Shown piece after piece: positions 10,947-22,073 of a stretch of 64,000 bases of DNA. The translations under genes and the position numbers were made by a program. The notes beneath the pieces are model-generated. The model was given only the letters and a program-made list of their open reading frames with translations. It did no database searches and was not told the origin of the DNA. Numbering within the stretch: the first letter of the stretch is position 1; each line of letters starts with the position of its first letter. Source of the DNA: Tubulanus polymorphus (taxonomy: Eukaryota > Animalia > Nemertea); NCBI RefSeq assembly GCF_964204645.1, contig NC_134028.1:14825653-14889652 (forward strand), read 5' to 3'.

Positions 10947-11615
10947 ATGAGTTTTAATAAAAAATTTGTTATAAAAATGAAGAAAGAAGAAGAAGAACCC
11001 AACTTTAAAATCGAAAGCAATGAAACCAATAAATCATTTTCACAGTTAAACAATAAAAATTATATTTCAGCAACAGATTTAGTGTCCGCAAGACATTATA
11101 AAATCGATAACATAACTATGATTAATCAAATATTATCAAATGAAACATATTTAATTACTGAACTAGTAGATACTTTTGATAATGGCGTTAAAAATCCTAA
11201 ATTGTTTAATACAGTTTTAAATTTTAAAGGAACTTTAGATGAAAACATATTTAATATTCTTAAAACTCCTTTCAATGAAAGAAAAAGTGATTTAATACTT
11301 TCAAAAGATTATAATGATTTGATTAACTTAAGAATTGAAAAAAGACAATTGTATTATTTCAATTTTGATAATAAACAAATTATCTATAATGAAAATTCAT
11401 CAAATATTGGAATTCAATGTGAATTAGATAATGAAAAATCATATAAAGATGTTGCAGTTCAATGTAATTTAGATGATGAATTTAGAAAATTCAATCCTAA
11501 TGAAAAAGTGTATTGTTATTGTGGCGGCAAATATTTAAGATCACATAAATCAAAACATTATCAAACAGTTAAACATATCAATTATGAAAAGAATAATAAA
11601 TATATATTGAAATAA
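10947..11615 (+). CDS. hypothetical viral protein with C-terminal CxC-H-H zinc finger
   Basis: 222-aa open frame; CYCGGKYLRSHKSKHYQTVKH; internal repeat IQCELDNE/VQCNLDDE. Confidence 0.6.
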   Translation: MSFNKKFVIKMKKEEEEPNFKIESNETNKSFSQLNNKNYISATDLVSARHYKIDNITMINQILSNETYLITELVDTFDNGVKNPKLFNTVLNFKGTLDENIFNILKTPFNERKSDLILSKDYNDLINLRIEKRQLYYFNFDNKQIIYNENSSNIGIQCELDNEKSYKDVAVQCNLDDEFRKFNPNEKVYCYCGGKYLRSHKSKHYQTVKHINYEKNNKYILK

Positions 11616-12039
11616 GAGTAAACTATATGTTTCAAATATAAAGTAGTTAAAGCATAGAGAAATTAGTTTAATGAATAACTGTTAGGTAGTAAGTTTAATT
11701 GTTATTTGATTTGAAACTTATAAAATTTAGATATTTCTAAAATATTAAATATTTATCAATTTAATAATTTTTTTTTAAATAAATGGATGGTTTCATTCCA
11801 ACTGGGAAAAGTCATTTGAAACATTAGTTAGTTGCTGGAGGTTTAATATTGGCAGCATTATATTTTAACTATGAGAATATTTCGAAAGATTTGATGAATG
11901 AAAATAATAAATTGAGTAAAAAATTAAAGAAGTTAAATGGAAACAATCACAGAAATAAAAAGAATAAAAAAGTTAATTTAGAAAATGATTTAGAGGATTA
12001 AAACAGCATCTTTTAATTTCATATATTTTGACTATAAAA

Positions 12040-12342
12040 ATGAGTGAAAATATATTAAACTTATTACATCTAATATATAAAAATCAACAGAATATAAAAT
12101 CAATTATTATGCTTACAGGTTTATTTTCTTTTTCAATTTATAGTATAAAACAGTTGTTAGAATTCTATGATAGCTGTAAAATTAGATATACAGAATTGAA
12201 AGATAACATAAATTACATTTCAGATAGATTGAATAATATTAAATGCTGTGAAATATGTAATAAAAGATATAAAAATAAAAAGAGTTTAAAGACTCATAAA
12301 TATATTCATGAATTAGATGAGAAATTTCATAATTCAAATTGA
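12040..12342 (+). CDS. small protein with hydrophobic helix and C2H2 zinc finger
   Basis: IIMLTGLFSFSIYSI; CEICNKRYKNKKSLKTHKYIH. Confidence 0.5.
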   Translation: MSENILNLLHLIYKNQQNIKSIIMLTGLFSFSIYSIKQLLEFYDSCKIRYTELKDNINYISDRLNNIKCCEICNKRYKNKKSLKTHKYIHELDEKFHNSN

Positions 12343-12454
12343 GAATAAGACTGTTAAATTGGTTGAAAATATAAAAATAGATAATATTATAACTATTTCT
12401 ATATTTAGATTAATAATTTATATTTATAATTATCATAAAACTAATTTATATATG

Positions 12455-12539
12455 TATGTACTAGACGTACGAGCAAGAAAGTAAGATTCTTGCCAAGAAA
12501 GTAAGAATCTTGGATTCTTACTCGTACGTCTAGTACATA
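12455..12539. repeat. 85-bp palindrome with perfect 19-bp arms (micro-MITE-like)
   Basis: TATGTACTAGACGTACGAG ... CTCGTACGTCTAGTACATA; loop contains CAAGAAAGTAAGA twice. Confidence 0.8.
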
Positions 12540-14075
12540 AATAGTTTTATTATATATATTTGGAAAAGTATAAATCATATTCAATTATATATTTACATTT
12601 ATCATTATTAACAGAGTAATACAATGAACCCACTAGATTGTTAAACTGTTTAAGTATTGAATTGTGTAGATTGTATATTCATAAACTAAATGATAAATCA
12701 CGAATAAGACTGTTAAATTAGCTGAAAATAAAATATTGGCTGAAATTTTAGTTAATTGGAAAGGGGGGGGGTGAGGTATCAATGTATTAAATACATATTA
12801 ATGGTATTAAATACATATTATGTTTTATTTCTGAAAATGAAGAAATAATTTATGTTTTAATTCATTCAAATATGATATTGTAAATTTTTTACATTTGACT
12901 AGGATAATACAAGAGTGATATAAGTTAGTTGGCTTATTCAATAAGAGAAACAATGAAATAATACAAGAGTGATACTAACAGTTAAAGTTATTGAATTTCT
13001 TGTTAAATCTATTTGATTTCTATTCACGCTATTGGTTAACAAGAATTGACTAGAACTCAAATAGATTAAACAAGAAGCTTGATATTAAACTTCGTCGCTA
13101 TATCGATCTTTTTCATACCCGGATTTTTTTCCACAAACTTTAAAATGTCATATTTCTCCTGGTATGTTTTAGTCTGCAACTTTCTAGGAGCCATCTTACC
13201 ACGTGAGAAACTAACTCAGACTGTACGCTGAACAGTATTATCTACGACTCTATATCGATTGTTGTGTTTTATACTGCATAAGAGCCGCCGCGCATATTCA
13301 CTCAGAACAGTAGTAGGCCCCAATATATGTACATTGGAATGTATTGATTCAGTAGCATTCAGAAAATTTCCCGCGACGAGTTAACCGGGGCATTTTACGT
13401 GGAAATTGACTAATTGTACCGACATTATAACGACGATTTAAACAAAATGATGACTTATAAGAGACGAATTAACCACAGAATTTTCTTTGGAATAATGAAG
13501 AATATATTTGGTTCTTACAAAAACTGACTACTTAAACAAAATGACGAATAAAACGATGATGACTTAACCGAGTTTGACTGTATTTATAAATTTCGGATAA
13601 ATTGTGGGATTCATATAATAATGTATTCGAAGCACGGAAAATTGTGTTTAATAATATATGAAGTGGTAAATAATATATATCTCCTTTAATCATCATCGGA
13701 ACGGGCGGAATGTTTGGTAAATTATCCTATTATTTTCTAAAATTCAAACAAAAATGCCATTTTTTTGGCACGACCACCATGTTTAAAAGGGGAATATTCT
13801 CAATAGGGCGACACCTCCAAAATATTGAGGGAACTTGTGTTTTACAAGCAATGGTAACTATAAATTGCAAATCCATGATATTTAGTTTTTTAAAGCATCT
13901 TATAAACATTATGTATACTGATCTATACATCTGAATGCAAACTTAAGTGAGTTAATTAATTAAAGAACAAATTTCAGTCCAGTGTCAATAATTAAGTTAT
14001 TGATTAATTAGCATGATGCAATTATGATTTTTTAATTACTTGAACACTTATCACTCATGGCTATACTGTTAAAAA

Positions 14076-15710
14076 ATGGGGCCAAAACTCAGCAAATTAG
14101 ATCAGCCTCTTAACAGCTATCAATACGTTAAGATGGCATCAGAAATAGTTAAAACTTCTAAAGGTGGATTCAAGATATGTCTCAATGGTTACATGTACGT
14201 CAAGAAATATTCGACACCGAAGCAGATAAGATGGAATTGTGTTAAGAATCGATCACGTGGCTGCAAGGGAACATTAGTAACAGACACAGAGATGCAAAAT
14301 CCGAGAGAAACTGTGCCACACGACCATCCCACAGATGACAAAGCAATAGCTGTCACTAAGACCAGACTGGGGATGAAAAGAAAGGCGGCAGATTCGGTAG
14401 CAGCAAATCCAGTACAAATATACTCTGATGTTATAGCGTCTATACATGAAGAAGATGTTCTCGCCCAGTTACCAAGTTCGGCAGTCTGTAAGCAGATGAT
14501 AAGACGCGAGAAACGGAGAAACTTACCAAAAGATTTGAATGAATTGGTGATAGATTGTAAATGGATGGAGACATCAGAAGGCAGTGGAAATCGGAAAGAC
14601 AATGAACATACTGGACGGAGGGTTGTAGTATTCGCCACGGATGATGGTATAGAAAGACTTGGGAATGCTCGAGAATGGTTTATGGATGGGAAGTTCGCCA
14701 TGGCACCATCACTGTTCGAGCAAGTTTACGTGATACGGGTCCCGATTGGGGAAACAGCAGTTACGGTCGCCTATTGTTTATTAGAAAAGAAAGACCAAGC
14801 TACATACGAGGAAATGTTACAGGTTAGTTACATATTCATTTTTCAAGTTTATTTACAGCTGGTGTAGAATATGATTTGGTAATGTCATTGATAGACCATA
14901 AAGACAGTGACAAGATGCCCATCTCATATTAAATAGAACTTCATATATCTAGTTTCATGATGTAACCTAGTATTTTATTTTTTGTATTTGCAGATTCTCT
15001 TAGACGAGTGTGAACGAAGAAGCATCTTCCCGGAGCCAGAAGTCATCATGGCTGATTTTAAGAAAGCAGTACACAACGCAGTGGGAAAATTGTTCGGTGA
15101 TCAGGTTCAGATGAAAGGGTGTTTCTTCCATTTGACTCAGTCGGTTTGGAGAAAGGTGCAGCAACTAGGACTCGTAAAGCAGTATCGAGAGGATGAGGAG
15201 TTCCGTCTGTTTGTTGGAATGATTTTCGGTTTAGCATTCCTACCTGTGGCATATGTTAAAGAAGGACTTACATATATCTGTAGTGTTGCGCCAGATGATG
15301 TATTGGAATTACTAGGTTATTTTGATGCTACATATGTCAATGGTGGACATAAAAGTATTCATGGAATAATGCGCTTGAAGAGGATAAATCCGTTGTATTC
15401 GTTAGAGTTGTGGAATGTGACCAATAATATCTGTGAATGTTGGAATTGTAAATATTTTAACATGGTGGGATATCGTCATCCCTCAATTTGGAGAACCATA
15501 AATGCATTTCAAATGGACCATGCTTCCGTGTCAGCATTGATTGATCTTGACAACGTTGGGCAACGCCCAGCGAAACGTGTTCGTAAGAAATTTGTGGACT
15601 TGCAAGAACAGCTAAAAAATCTATGTCAGGACTTTGATAATGGACAAAAACGTGTTCCACAGTTTTTGAGAGGCATTTCACACATATGCGCCTCTTGTGT
15701 TAATTCGTGA
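14076..15710 (+). CDS. Mutator-like (MULE) transposase with N-terminal FLYWCH finger; two exons, intron 14823-14993
   Basis: LNGYMY..WNC...GCKG..HDH (FLYWCH); WFMDGKF, QVYVI, YCLL..K...Y, MADF, GCFFH, TNNICECWN, HPSIW. A GT...TTGCAG phase-0 intron joins MLQ|ILLDE. Confidence 0.88.
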
Positions 15711-16086
15711 GATCTTCCAGTTAAATCTCGAGATCCGTCCTGTCTGTCTGAAATTAGTTTATGATAGATGCTATTGATCCGCAGCAAGATTTCGTAGTAG
15801 CTAAAAAATGTTTGTAATGTCGATTTCATGTATGCGTTGGTGGTTAATGGTTGTCAGACAACAAACGTAGTAAGATGTAGTAAGCAGGTTGTTGTTTAAT
15901 GCTTTGATCTATCAGCGCTGACCATAAATCAGCCTGTTGTAAAAATAATTCCTTCTCGGTTCTTCTGCTGCGTTATCTGGCAAACATTCAGAATCTTTTT
16001 ATAAACTGAAGAATAGATGGAACCGTATTTGGTTGGGTCGGAACAATGGGTTGCATTGATTATGCGGCTGGTGAAAGAATCACGCT

Positions 16087-16238
16087 AGTAATAGCGATAA
16101 TAGGGGTTCAAGCCAAAGGTCGAACGGTCGAGCTCGTAAAAAATAAAAAATAAACTCTCGCACGCTAGAATTTATTTTTCATTTTTTACTCGCTCGCCCC
16201 TTCAACCTTTAACCTGAACCCCTATTATCCCTATTACT
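16087..16238. repeat. terminal imperfect hairpin of Maverick A (~150 bp)
   Basis: AGTAATAGCGATAATAGGGGTTCA...TGAACCCCTATTATCCCTATTACT; inner arms pair with mismatches around the CGCACGCT loop. Confidence 0.85.
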
Positions 16239-16319
16239 CTTAAAATATTCATATATATATGAATAAAATATAAATGAATAACTTCTAAAATCAATTTTAA
16301 TAAAGAATTTAGTATTAAA

Positions 16320-19300
16320 ATGGAAGCAAATAAGAAGTACTACTGTTCAACATGTAAAATCAATATGGATAAATCCCAAAAAGCAAGGCACAATAAAACT
16401 AGAACACATTTAGAAAATAAATTAAAGTTAAAATATAAAGATGATATATTAGAAACTAAATTAGATGAAAAAGAAGAATGAAAAATAAACATACAAATGT
16501 GATACATGTAATCAATCATTCAGTGATAAAAGATATTATAATGAACATTCAAAATCTAAAAGTCATATGAGAAATATTAATAATTATATTTTAGGGTAAG
16601 ATTATTTTGATAATGACAATGATAAGAAACATAAGACAATAAAATGAATAAGAAATAAATTAAACAATAAAAGACCATACATGGAAGATGTAAGAAATTA
16701 TATTAATTCATTAGATAATAAAGAAGAAATAGAGATAACTGAAGCATTTAAAAATGATATTGGTCCAGCTGCTATTGAGTTTAAATTTCATTAAGGAAAA
16801 ACATTAGAAGAAAATAAAAAACATTTAGAAAATATGAAAAATATTATAAAAATAATTACAGATGTTGAATACCCTAAAATTAGCATATCTTCTAAAGTAA
16901 AGTTTATATAATCTGAAGATAAACCAATATATAATATAAATTCCCATTCACAACATATTATTTCAAAACAACATATAGATGATAAATTAGATAAATGTTA
17001 TAATGAAGTAAAAACTAAAATAGAAGAGAAATATTTTGAAGGATCTGGTGTAATATTTGATGAAATAATATTTATGACTTTACATGTTTATAACACAAAA
17101 TATAAAAAGTTAACTAAATCGATACCAATTGATGAAAATAATGTATCATATTATAAAGAACCAGATATTGAAGCATCGAGTTATATTAAACTACCATTTA
17201 AAACTAATGCTGTAATAAATGTACAAAATTTTGATGATAAATGTTTTCTATGGACAATAATTAGTTGCTTACACCCAGTTGAAGATTATAAACAACATAG
17301 TTTTAGATTAACACATTATAAACCATTTGAAAATAATTATAAGATAGATAATTATCCTGTTAGAATTAAAAATATCCCAAAAATAGAAAGAGAAAATAAT
17401 CTAAGAATAAATGTATTTGATTTAATCAAATTACCAAAAACAAAAGGTTATAAAATTGAACATTATACATTAGAACCTTTGTATTTATCAAAGGATTATG
17501 ATTCAAATGGTGTTATAGATATATTATATTATGAAAATCATTATATGTGGATAAAACAAATCGATTTATCTTTTAAAACAGAAAATAACCACAATAAAAT
17601 ATATCTATGTAGAAAATGTTTACATAGATTCAGTAATGAAAGCACATTATTAAATCATAAACAATTATGTGATAATCATGATTATTGTAAAATAGTTTTA
17701 CCAAATGAAAAGGATTTAAATATTAGAATTCAAAAAATATGATTACAAGAATAAAGTACCATTTGTAATATATGGAGATTTTCAATCTCTAAATTAGGAA
17801 CTAACTGATCAAGATAGAAAAGAAATATATTATAAAAGAAAGAAACTAAACTATGAAAATGATTTTTCAGAAGAAACATCAATAACAAATACTATTAAAA
17901 ATATTCATCAATCAGCAGCAGGTTTTGGATTATATATTAAATCTGATTACCCTGAACTAATTAAAAGTGAATATTATAATTACAGAAATGAAAATGTTAT
18001 CAATCATTTTTTTGACTTATTAATCGAGTATGAAATAAAATTTTATGAAAAGTTAAATGAAAATGAAGAAATGATTATGACAGAAGAAGATAAAGAAGAA
18101 TTTGAGTTTGCAAATAAATTTTATTATTGTGAAAAGATATTAAATTATAAAGATAAAGAAGTAAGAGACCATGATCATTTGAATGGAAAGTTTAGAGGCG
18201 CAGCGCATGAGAATTGTAACTTACAAGCTAAGAAAATCAATTTTGATCCAGTTATATTTCATAATTTATCAGGGTATGATGCTCATTTATTCATCGTAAA
18301 GTTACTCCATAAAATAGAAGAATTCAATAATGAAATAGAAAGATTAAATTCAATTAAATCAAAAGATAAAATACCAACATATAAATTTAAAATGTTAGCT
18401 AAAACATCAGAGAATTATATATCATTCCAATTCGGGTGTCTAAGATTTATAGATTCATATAGATTTTTAGGTAGTTCATTAGATAATTTATCAAAATCAT
18501 AAGTTGATCACGAATTAAGAATATTAAAGCAACACTATCCAAATAATGATGATTTTCAATTAATGAGATATAAGGGAGCAATACCATATAGTTTTTATAA
18601 AAATCATAATGATTTTAACATAACTGAATTATTAAAAGAATAATTCTATGATGAATTAAAAAATGAATATGTTAAAGATGAAGTCTATAATAGAACATTG
18701 AATATTTGGAATCATTTTGGAATGAAAAATCATGGAGAATTAGTAGATTTATATCTAAAATCAGATGTATTATTATTAACTGATATATTTGAAAGGTTTA
18801 GAGATGTAAACCTAAAATATTTTAATATTGATCCTTGCCATTGTTATTCATCACCAGGATTAACTTGGGATTGTGGTTTAAAATTTACAGATATAAAAAT
18901 GGATTTTTTAACAAATATAGATCAATTATTATTATTTGAAAAATCTATAAGAGGAGGAGTTTCAGGTGTATTAGGGGATAGATATTTCAATGTAAATGAT
19001 AACCCTGGATATAAGTTATTGTATATAGATGCAAATAATCTATATGGTTGGGCAATGATGGAACCACTGATGGAGTATTTGAAATAAGTGAAGTTTTACA
19101 ACATGAAAATAATGATAAATTTGATTGGAAGAAAATAATTCTAGATATTGCAGATGATTCAGAGACTGGTTACTTCTTTGTTGTAGACTTGGAATATCCT
19201 GAAGATAAAAAATTTAAATCTAGAAATCTAGCTTACTGTCCCGAACATAAAACTGTGACACATAATGAATTATCAAATTATCAAAAAAGAATTAAACCCG

Positions 19301-20357
19301 AAAATCATATTCATACAGAAAAGTTAATGGTAACTCAGGAAGATAAATATAATTATGTAGTACATCATAGAATGTTGAAGTTTTATCTAAAACAAGGAAT
19401 GATCCTAAAAAAAGGTACATAGATATATTTCATTCAGTCAATCTAAATGGTTCGAAAAATATATAGATTTTAACACCAAACAGAGAACTAAAGCTAAAAC
19501 TGATTTTGAGAAAGATTTCTTCAAACTAATGAAGAATGCATTCTATGGTAAGACTTGTGAAAATATTAGAAATAGAAATGATATCGAGTTTGTTAGTAAT
19601 GGTAAAAGAATAAGACATTTACAAACATATCCTAAGTTCATAGGTAACAGAATATTTGATGAAAATTTAGCTGCAGTTAAATTGAGGAGAACATCTGTGA
19701 AATTTAATAAACCAATTTATGTTGGAGCTACAGTTTTAGAAATATCAAAGTTATAATGTATGAATTCTATTATAACGTATTACAACCTCATTTTGGAGAA
19801 AAGCATATAGAAATCTTATATTTTGATACAGATTCTTACATATTAAAGATAAAACTAATAACATAACAGATGATTTAAAAACATTAAAACATCATTTTGA
19901 TTTTAGTAATTATCCTAAAGATCATGAATTGTTTAACAATGATAATAAAAAGGTGCCTGGTAAATTCAAAGATGAATTAGGAGGTGACGAAAAGATAGAA
20001 TTTATAGGTATTAAATCTAAAATGTATATTTATAGTACTAAAACTCATGAAGCTAAAAAGTTAAAAGGAATAACCAAAAGTGTAGTAGAAAAGAATATTC
20101 ATTTCAAAGATTACATCAATTGTATATTCAATGAAGAAGTTAGAAAACATAAGATGGGATGTTTAAGATCTGTGTACTACGAGATGTTTATTGAAGAGAT
20201 AGAAAAGGTTAGTTTGAACCCATTCGATGACAAAAGATATATTTTAGATGATGGAATTCATATAGTCGCGTATGGTTGCAATTTAGATGAATACTTTAGA
20301 TTTAAAAGAGAGGAAGAGAAAGAAAAGGAAATAATGAACAGGATTATAACGTGTTAA
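16320..20357 (+). pseudogene. polB: protein-primed family B DNA polymerase (Maverick A), intein-free, many stops and frameshifts
   Basis: DKCFLW/HYMW (OTU-like), RDHDHLNGKFRGAAH..CN, FHNLSGYD, FIDSYRF, YLKSDV, YIDANNLYG, KLMKNAFYGK, YFDTDS (~19818-19835), GKFKDE, KKLKG, FDDKR. Confidence 0.93.
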
Positions 20358-20385
20358 TCAATTCTAATAAGAATATGTTTTATAA

Positions 20386-21085
20386 ATGGAGGAACAATCA
20401 CAAACTATCAATATTACAAATAGGGTTATAAATATATATCAGAAGACATGTTGCAAATGTAAAATAAGTAAGCCATTTACAGATTATTATAAACGTAAGA
20501 TTGGTAAAGATGGTTTACGTCATAATTGCAAAAGCTGTTATAATCAGAATAATCAACAATATTATAGATAATATTGAAGCACGCAACGATAAAATTAAGC
20601 AATGGAAGGAAAATAATCCAGAACGCGTTAAAGCGTATCAAAATAAATATCATTAAGAAAGATATCAAACAGATTTTAATTTTAAAATGAAACAATGTCT
20701 AGGTATTAGATTATCACAATTATTCAGTAAAGAAGCGCATTCAGTTACACCATCTAATTTGCTAGATTGCTCAGATAAATTTTTAAAATCATGGATTATA
20801 TATCAATTCGATGATGAAATGAATACAGATAATTATGGGGATTATAACCACATTGATCATGTGTTACCAATATCGAAATTTGATATGGAAGATGAATACA
20901 ATAAGAAATTGGTGTGGAATTGGAAGAATCTAAGACCTCTTGAAAAGAAAGAAAATAAAATAAAATTTAACAAACTAGATTCAAGATTATATATAGATCA
21001 ATTAGGTAAAGCAAAGAAATTTATTGAATTATGGAATAGTAATCCAAATAATGAACAATACGTTGAGTCTTTGATAATTGGCTAA
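20386..21085 (+). pseudogene. HNH-type endonuclease with N-terminal CxxC pairs (disrupted)
   Basis: CCKCK...CKSC; HIDHVLPIS..., WNWKNLRPLEKKENKIK; homolog of 53050-53682. Confidence 0.75.
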
Positions 21086-21271
21086 AGAATATTTTATGGA
21101 ATTTAATATCGAGAATCACACGCTCGAATTTATTTTTTCGCCCCTACAACCTTTGATATGAAACAACTTATTCCTATTTACTCTAATAATGTTCATAAAT
21201 ATGAATATTATATAGATTATGAAAAGAATTCTAGCGTGTTAATCAAATTTTAATTAAAATATGTATTATAA

Positions 21272-21532
21272 ATGGTGAGTAAACAAGCACACAGTGAGAA
21301 CAACAAATCATTTCTAGATAGCATAAAATATACTTCAAATGTCAAATCAGTAGATTATGAATTTAAGAAGTTAACAGAATTAACAATTCATAAAAAATAT
21401 CTAATTACAATTATTGATACAGTTACTAATAGATATGGTAGTAAATTAGTTATCCACTTATAAGAATATGAAGGATTGAAAGGAAATACATATAGGGCAC
21501 AAAAAGGGCACCATGAAATAGATTTCGAATAA
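21272..21532 (+). pseudogene. small Maverick ORF, distant homolog of 60479-60805, with internal deletion
   Basis: FEIKKL/EFKKL, KYGEK/RYGSK and GHH(D/E)(L/I) similarities; TAAATG start. Confidence 0.5.
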
Positions 21533-21546
21533 AATATGTAAAATAA

Positions 21547-21733
21547 ATGGTAGAATTAAAAGAATACAGAATATTTGTTGATTCAAGAATACTTACAAAT
21601 TATAAATCACATAATTTACTCGTACAATTAGATAGAGAATTTAAGAATTGTGTTGATTTAAAATTAGTAAATGTAAGTTTAATCCTTTTTATAATATATC
21701 GGATAAAACTTTTTAACATAGAGGGTTTATGAT
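21547..21733 (+). pseudogene. minor capsid protein (penton) of Maverick A, N-terminal half, interrupted by Maverick B
   Basis: MVELKEYRIFVDSR... is homologous to 35534-36292; ends at TATGAT|AGTAATTAG. Confidence 0.85.
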
Positions 21734-22073
21734 AGTAATTAGTAAATGGCGTTTTCAAACCAGAGGTCGAGAGGTCGAGACACCACTCATCACATCTAGG
21801 CTCTAGTGAGAACGGACGATTGCTCTGTGATACACATATACAGTGAGTGCGCGTAACAACAACTGCGCGTGGATAGATCGATACAGTGAGTCGCTACTGA
21901 GAACGGTTATTAACGCGTGTGCTATTACTGTAGTACAGTGATTGCGTGTCAACTGTGCCCGGATAAATAGATGCTGTGAGGCTTGAGAACGGTTAAGAGC
22001 GTGCTTGTTATATACAAGGGGAAGTAATCCCCACTCATCACCACAAGTAATTTTTTTTCCTTATAAATGGGAG
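21734..22073 (+). repeat. left TIR of Maverick B
   Basis: AGTAATTAGTAAATGGCG...CTTATAAATGGGAGA, highly similar to 27291-27634; preceded by TATGAT at 21728-21733. Confidence 0.9.

Larger units (their letters stand above)
5021..13085 (+). mobile_element. Maverick-related remnant C (AGT terminus, hairpin, zinc-finger ORFs) with nested Gypsy
   Basis: Starts AGTAATAGGGG like the terminus at 16087; AT-rich viral-style ORFs; TAAATG start at 11783; AACTAGA/AGATTAA repeat at ~12990-13080 resembles 29052-29325. Right boundary approximate. Confidence 0.55.
16087..21733 (+). mobile_element. Polinton/Maverick A, left arm (continues in rearranged pieces 26655-27290, 38153-39741, 46039-47934)
   Basis: AGT terminus, pPolB, HNH, small ORF and penton N-terminus; sharp drop in GC at 16087. 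Confidence 0.88.

Noticed and set aside
14189-14701. Antisense ORFs such as 14189-14701, 3774-4175, 4717-5025, 32029-32253, 48591-48917
   Set aside because: Shadow frames opposite recognisable genes, with no motifs.
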